Virus record (IMG/VR): IMGVR_UViG_3300025141_016680
Span: 1-64,000 of that record
DNA: 64,000 bases
Reading direction: 5' to 3' (one strand)
Source of the DNA: a virus
Of this stretch, positions 60,119 to 64,000 are shown one piece after another (position 1 is the first letter of the stretch; every line of letters starts with the position of its first letter). A model generated the notes under the pieces. That model worked only from the letters and a program-made list of their open reading frames with translations. It was not told where the DNA came from and did not search any database. The position numbers were made by a program, and so were the translations under genes.

Positions 60119-60127
60119 AATAAATAT
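60119..60127 (-). promoter_or_regulatory. Candidate late-promoter element ATATTTATT
   Basis: Same 9-mer as upstream of the gp25-like gene. Lies 25 nt upstream of the tubulin ATG. Confidence 0.35.
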
Positions 60128-60181
60128 GAAGCAGCTAAAGTAGTGACCTATTTCATTGCTAATGATGATAGATCAGTAAAA

Positions 60182-60549
60182 TGGTGGACCCGGCGGGAGT
60201 CGAACCCGCGTCCGAAATAGCTTCAAATTCAAGTCATTCACAGGTTTGTCTAATTTACTATCACAAACTAGAAAAGATAGTCAGCTTTCCCTGCGCTTAC
60301 TGACCTGTTGCGCCCCACCTGTTTCCAGGAAACCATTATGATTTTTTATTTTCGCAGGAATCTACCTGTTATTCGATGTTGGGTAACAAGGTCACCGAAG
60401 ACCCCGCAAATTAGGCCGCTAGGCGGACAGATTCGAAGTGATTATTGTTATTGGCAATTATCGTTTTGAAACCGCATTTTAGGTCTGCTATTTCGTGTGA
60501 CCACCTGCACTATTCTTCTCTACCACCTCGTCGAAGCCATTTCGGGCCC
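60182..60549 (-). ncRNA. ssrA: tmRNA (SsrA), one-piece, tag ANNNNHFESVRLAA*
   Basis: 5' GGGCCCG pairs with 3' CGGGTCC-ACCA with a G3-U wobble. T-arm GCGGGTTCGACTCCCGC. Resume context ATAATT-GCC. Tag ORF at 60455-60411 ends in LAA-TAA. Confidence 0.95.
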
Positions 60550-60550
60550 A

Positions 60551-60742
60551 TTAGTTATCCTTACCCACGGCAAGAGAAATCTTTACAAGATCTGCTGCTC
60601 TTTGCTTAATGAGTCTAAGACCCTTTCTAGCTCGAACACCAGCTGATTTATTTCCATTTGCATTTTTGTGAACATCAAGATCAAGGCTCTCAACCAAGAC
60701 CTTGAGCTCTTGCCATTCATTTAATAGATTAGAATCTGCCAT
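60551..60742 (-). CDS. Histone H1-like Hc1-family small protein
   Basis: KNANGNKSAGVRARKGLRLIK resembles the Hc1 core GNKAAxxRxR. Confidence 0.7.
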   Translation of the reverse strand: MADSNLLNEWQELKVLVESLDLDVHKNANGNKSAGVRARKGLRLIKQRAADLVKISLAVGKDN

Positions 60743-60744
60743 TT

Positions 60745-60988
60745 TTATAACCCCTGGTCTATCTTAATTAATCCGCTTGTTTCGTTTTTATCCTCTATTG
60801 ATGTATGAACAAGCCTTGCTATTTTATTCATTATCTCTCTATCTTCCAGCTCAAGAGATAAAAGATAGATAACTTTCTTCTTCTGAAACTCATTTACACC
60901 ATATCTCATAATTTCTTTTACTATTTCTCGACAGGTTATGGATTGCTCGACAAGAAGATCCTTTTCAGTCTTACCGTACTTCTTCATT
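60745..60988 (-). CDS. Hypothetical protein
   Basis: ORF-track entry 60745..61014. The likely start is MKKYGKT near 60987, so the 5' coordinate is approximate. Confidence 0.6.
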
Positions 60989-61462
60989 ATTTCCTCCAGA
61001 CTCGATCTCATCACGTCTCAAATACACATCAATTTTTATTTTTCCGGACTCTAAGAGAATCAGATGTTTCATTTGTGTCGATCCTGCAATTCGTTTTTTT
61101 GCAATGACTATAGGTGTATCAAAAATATCACACTCAAAATGATGTGCCACCTGCTCCCAGGTCGAAATATCACATTTATGATTGTCAAGAATGATCTGTA
61201 TATTTTCAGGTAATGTTAACCTGAGATCCTCAACAGTGATTAGAGAAAGTGTATCTTCAGACCCATAGAATAGCTCTGATTTACAAAAATCAATGATCTT
61301 GTGAATAACTCCGCAGTTATTGCACTTAGAAAACTTTTCAATGGCTTCACCATCATTGTCACACTTTGAATAAACTACAAACTTATGAAAAAGCGGCTCA
61401 TCTCGCTTTTTGAATTGCGGCAGCATGCAGTGACACTGAATTAAGTGTTTGGTGCCGATCAT
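60971..61462 (-). CDS. Hypothetical Cys/His-rich, probably Zn-binding protein
   Basis: HLIQCHC...CNNCGVIH...FCKS. Confidence 0.65.
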   Translation of the reverse strand: MIGTKHLIQCHCMLPQFKKRDEPLFHKFVVYSKCDNDGEAIEKFSKCNNCGVIHKIIDFCKSELFYGSEDTLSLITVEDLRLTLPENIQIILDNHKCDISTWEQVAHHFECDIFDTPIVIAKKRIAGSTQMKHLILLESGKIKIDVYLRRDEIESGGNNEEVR

Positions 61463-61465
61463 TTT

Positions 61466-61702
61466 TTAAGCTATGTTAAATTCATTCTTTATTTGATTGA
61501 TAGCTGCCTCGATATCAGTATATCCCATAGCAAATGCCTGTGACACTGTGGCATCAACTAATTCACTAAGGTATGCTAAATCTTTTTCACTTAGACTCAT
61601 TAGCTCGGTCTGGTTTGCCTGTGCTATGTTTTCTCGTAGCTTTGACTTTGTGAAATCAATCAAGTTGCGGACACTAGAATTAATTACAGAATCGATTTTC
61701 AT
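61466..61702 (-). CDS. Hypothetical helical protein
   Basis: 78-aa ORF with a GGAG RBS. Confidence 0.65.
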   Translation of the reverse strand: MKIDSVINSSVRNLIDFTKSKLRENIAQANQTELMSLSEKDLAYLSELVDATVSQAFAMGYTDIEAAINQIKNEFNIA

Positions 61703-61723
61703 TTTTATTCTCCAATGTTGCTA

Positions 61724-61752
61724 ATTTTAAAATTAACACACCTACTAGTAAA
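61724..61752 (-). promoter_or_regulatory. Candidate sigma70-like promoter TTTACT-17-TAAAAT
   Basis: Intergenic, upstream of the gene run that leads to the tmRNA. Confidence 0.4.
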
Positions 61753-61753
61753 A

Positions 61754-63121
61754 TTATTTATCTTCAACAAGAGCGTGTCCTATAGAAGTAATAGATCTTA
61801 ATGAAGACATACTGTTTCGAATAGCCAAGTATGCACTAGCTAGCGGAATGTATTTCTCTGTTGATTGAAATATGTCTTTAATCACCTTGTCAATTGGTGA
61901 GCTTGGTTCTTCTATGTCTATTCTTCCTGCCTCCAGACAGCCATGTCTAATAAATGACTGGTACATCCTAAGTGATGTATCTATCTGCTCAATGCATGTT
62001 CTTTCTTTGCTTATAAGATTACTTCCCACACTAATCATAACTCTTTCACCAGAGAGAGACATTATCCTCTTTTCAAACAGACTTCTCGCCTCTCCTGTTC
62101 TCTTCTCATCTTTTTCACTTTTTAAATAATCTAGCTGTCTTCTTACAGAATTTCTTGAATCAGGATTGAATACTGAAGTCTGATTTTCTGATATATGGAT
62201 GCTAGAGATCACCGGTAATTCTTCCTTGATGGCTGTGGATATTAATTCTCCCTTGTAAGAAGAAACAATATCTGTGCCGCATGTTGCAGCAATATCATTT
62301 AAAATATTAACAGTCTCCTCTGTGAGACCAACAGCGATAGGAATTACATCTAGGGTTCGTCTTTGTGTGTTTACAAAGATTGTTTGTAACACATCGGGCT
62401 TAAACTCTCTTGCAAATATTGCATAAGGCTCTTTATTTTCAGACGCTCGCTCTAGCAAGTGATGAATTTCAGAGACAGATTCTATCATTCCATCGATGAG
62501 TATAACTCTTACATCCCTTCTCTTCCAGACCTTCTTACCCATTAAAAAGTGATAGTCTACACCCACATTAAACTGGTAACCGCTTACCTTCTCAATTACT
62601 GTGTGTGACCTCTGCGACTTCTCTACATGCATTGATGTATTGGGCCCTGCAAGCTCTATTGATTTATCTAAGATTTGCTTTGTGCCCGGATCGAGATTTT
62701 GACTGCTTGTAATAGTTTTCCAAATATTTCCATCTAGTGTCTGACCGTGATTATAGATTTCTTTAAGCCAGCGTTTCTCTGTTTCTTCTAACTCACTAAT
62801 CATCTGACGATGACTGCACCCACCTGCTAAAAGTTTCATACAGGGATGAAGTGATTTTACTAAGATCTGAAAGCAAAGATTTCCGCTAGCACCAGAAATC
62901 AGCTCAGCGCTTGTGCAGGCATCAAGAATAATTGGCTGTATTAACCTATTGTGAAATCCCTTATCCTTAAAATAGATGTAAGATTGCAAAGGCTCTGTGC
63001 TAACAAAATTACCTCGAAAGATATTTTTGCTTCTATTAGTTAGCTCTAGCTTTTGAATTAGATCTACTTGTGCTAAAAGATCCCTTCTAAAAGCAGCCTG
63101 GTTTAATCCCTTTACGAACAT
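61754..63121 (-). CDS. Highly divergent GroEL/Cpn60-like chaperonin with degenerate ATPase motifs
   Basis: Collinear with the GroEL intermediate and apical domains: VEKSQRSHTVIEKVSGYQF, ILIDGMIESVSEIHHLLE, PYAIFARE..PDVLQTIFVN, ILNDIAATCG, EKRIMSLSG..VMISVG. Confidence 0.8.
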   Translation of the reverse strand: MFVKGLNQAAFRRDLLAQVDLIQKLELTNRSKNIFRGNFVSTEPLQSYIYFKDKGFHNRLIQPIILDACTSAELISGASGNLCFQILVKSLHPCMKLLAGGCSHRQMISELEETEKRWLKEIYNHGQTLDGNIWKTITSSQNLDPGTKQILDKSIELAGPNTSMHVEKSQRSHTVIEKVSGYQFNVGVDYHFLMGKKVWKRRDVRVILIDGMIESVSEIHHLLERASENKEPYAIFAREFKPDVLQTIFVNTQRRTLDVIPIAVGLTEETVNILNDIAATCGTDIVSSYKGELISTAIKEELPVISSIHISENQTSVFNPDSRNSVRRQLDYLKSEKDEKRTGEARSLFEKRIMSLSGERVMISVGSNLISKERTCIEQIDTSLRMYQSFIRHGCLEAGRIDIEEPSSPIDKVIKDIFQSTEKYIPLASAYLAIRNSMSSLRSITSIGHALVEDK

Positions 63122-63124
63122 AAA

Positions 63125-64000
63125 TCATGAATCTCTCCACAGATTATTGGCTGCAAATGTTAGCACTTCTTCTGCAGAGTATTCATTATACCCATATTCA
63201 TCAATTAATGTTTTCACCATTTCTGTGTATTTCTTTTTCTGATCTTCATCACGAGATTTGCTTCTTGTAACAATTCTTGCAATATCCTTCACAGAGGTGA
63301 TCAAATAGCCTTCAATTGCTTCCTTGAGTGGGCCGTAACTGGTATAATCCACTTTCTTACCACGTCTCATTTTTGCAAACATATAGGCAGTTACATCGCT
63401 TCTAAATCCATCTCTAGAAGATCCTACGATTCCAATTTGCTCCTCAATTGATCGCATAAAAGTTTCATCAGGATCTCTCTCTTCTCTAGTGATTTTATCC
63501 TTAACCTTGGCAGCAGTTGTGTAGCATTCAGCATTGTCAAGATAAGAATCAAATAAAGACTGCGCCTGCTCCTCATACGCTGCTATGAATGCCTTAGCAA
63601 TTTCATTCTCAAGAATGTTTAGATATTCCTCTCGAACAATTTTCTGAAGTATTTCAAGATAGAAGTCTTTCTTCTCCTCAGAAACAATTTGCTCTTTAAC
63701 TTGCTTAATCAGTGCCTCGATGACAGAATTTGGTGTCATCATATTCTTTTCAGAATCTGACAAAGCATTATCAAGTGACTTCATTATAAACCTTGTTGAA
63801 ATTCCATCCAGGCCTTCATGCATGGCTTCGTCTCTTAAATCTCTGATGTCTATTTTTTTAATTCTTCCATTCTCAATGACATCCTCGCCATTGTATATTT
63901 TCATCTTTGTTAGCAAATCACACTTTTGTGAAACTTGCAATCTTGACATAACAGAAAACATAGAAGCGATTTCAAGTGTATGTGGAGCAATATGTGCTGT
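63125..64000 (-). CDS. prkA: PrkA/YeaG-family serine kinase/AAA+ protein, 5' part outside the window
   Basis: The frame stays open to the window edge. HIAPHTLEIASMFSVMSRL, EGLDGISTRF, PDETFMRSIEEQIG, YGY. Confidence 0.9.
   Translation of the reverse strand, partial: TAHIAPHTLEIASMFSVMSRLQVSQKCDLLTKMKIYNGEDVIENGRIKKIDIRDLRDEAMHEGLDGISTRFIMKSLDNALSDSEKNMMTPNSVIEALIKQVKEQIVSEEKKDFYLEILQKIVREEYLNILENEIAKAFIAAYEEQAQSLFDSYLDNAECYTTAAKVKDKITREERDPDETFMRSIEEQIGIVGSSRDGFRSDVTAYMFAKMRRGKKVDYTSYGPLKEAIEGYLITSVKDIARIVTRSKSRDEDQKKKYTEMVKTLIDEYGYNEYSAEEVLTFAANNLWRDS

Noticed and set aside
60182-60220. tRNA gene, and the ORF 59990..60220 ending WWTRRESNPRP
   Set aside because: This is the tRNA-like 3' end of the tmRNA, with no anticodon arm. 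The ORF is its antisense shadow.
1-64000. Stop-codon reassignment as seen in some jumbo phages
   Set aside because: Standard-code ORFs are full length and tile densely. TAA, TAG and TGA all end genes at sensible boundaries.
58900-64000. Host chromosomal housekeeping region (ftsZ, ssrA, groEL)
   Set aside because: There is no dcw cluster, smpB or groES. The tubulin and chaperonin are far from cellular orthologues, and gene packing matches the phage part.

Overview
The window looks like a 64-kb segment of a large, probably jumbo, contractile-tailed bacteriophage rather than a cellular chromosome. Genes are densely packed and all but one lie on the minus strand. From left to right: (1) a baseplate and virion module at 1-13.8 kb with LamG-bearing wedge, gp6/J-like, gp25-like and gp5-like genes, plus a >729-aa ORF missed by the ORF track; (2) a sigma region-2-only, gp55-like factor; (3) a ~33-kb glycan island at 14.8-47.6 kb with about 10 glycosyltransferases, duplicated NeuB/NeuA, a Maf-like protein, a Gmd/ColD/ColC-type colitose route and tailoring enzymes (carbamoyl-, methyl- and acetyltransferases, B12 radical SAM), but no flippase, polymerase or lipid-carrier genes; (4) a 2432-aa repeat fibre and a second fibre protein; (5) a host-takeover block with PIN-PhoH, a stand-alone sigma region 4, a tubulin/FtsZ-family GTPase, a complete tmRNA (tag ANNNNHFESVRLAA), an Hc1-like protein, an apparently ATPase-dead GroEL paralogue and PrkA. 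The best candidate for an undescribed system is phage-encoded virion O-glycosylation: several virion proteins on both sides of the island are rich in [S/T]-G-[S/T] tripeptides that may be acceptor sites. All family calls come from motif recognition by eye; no database searches were run.
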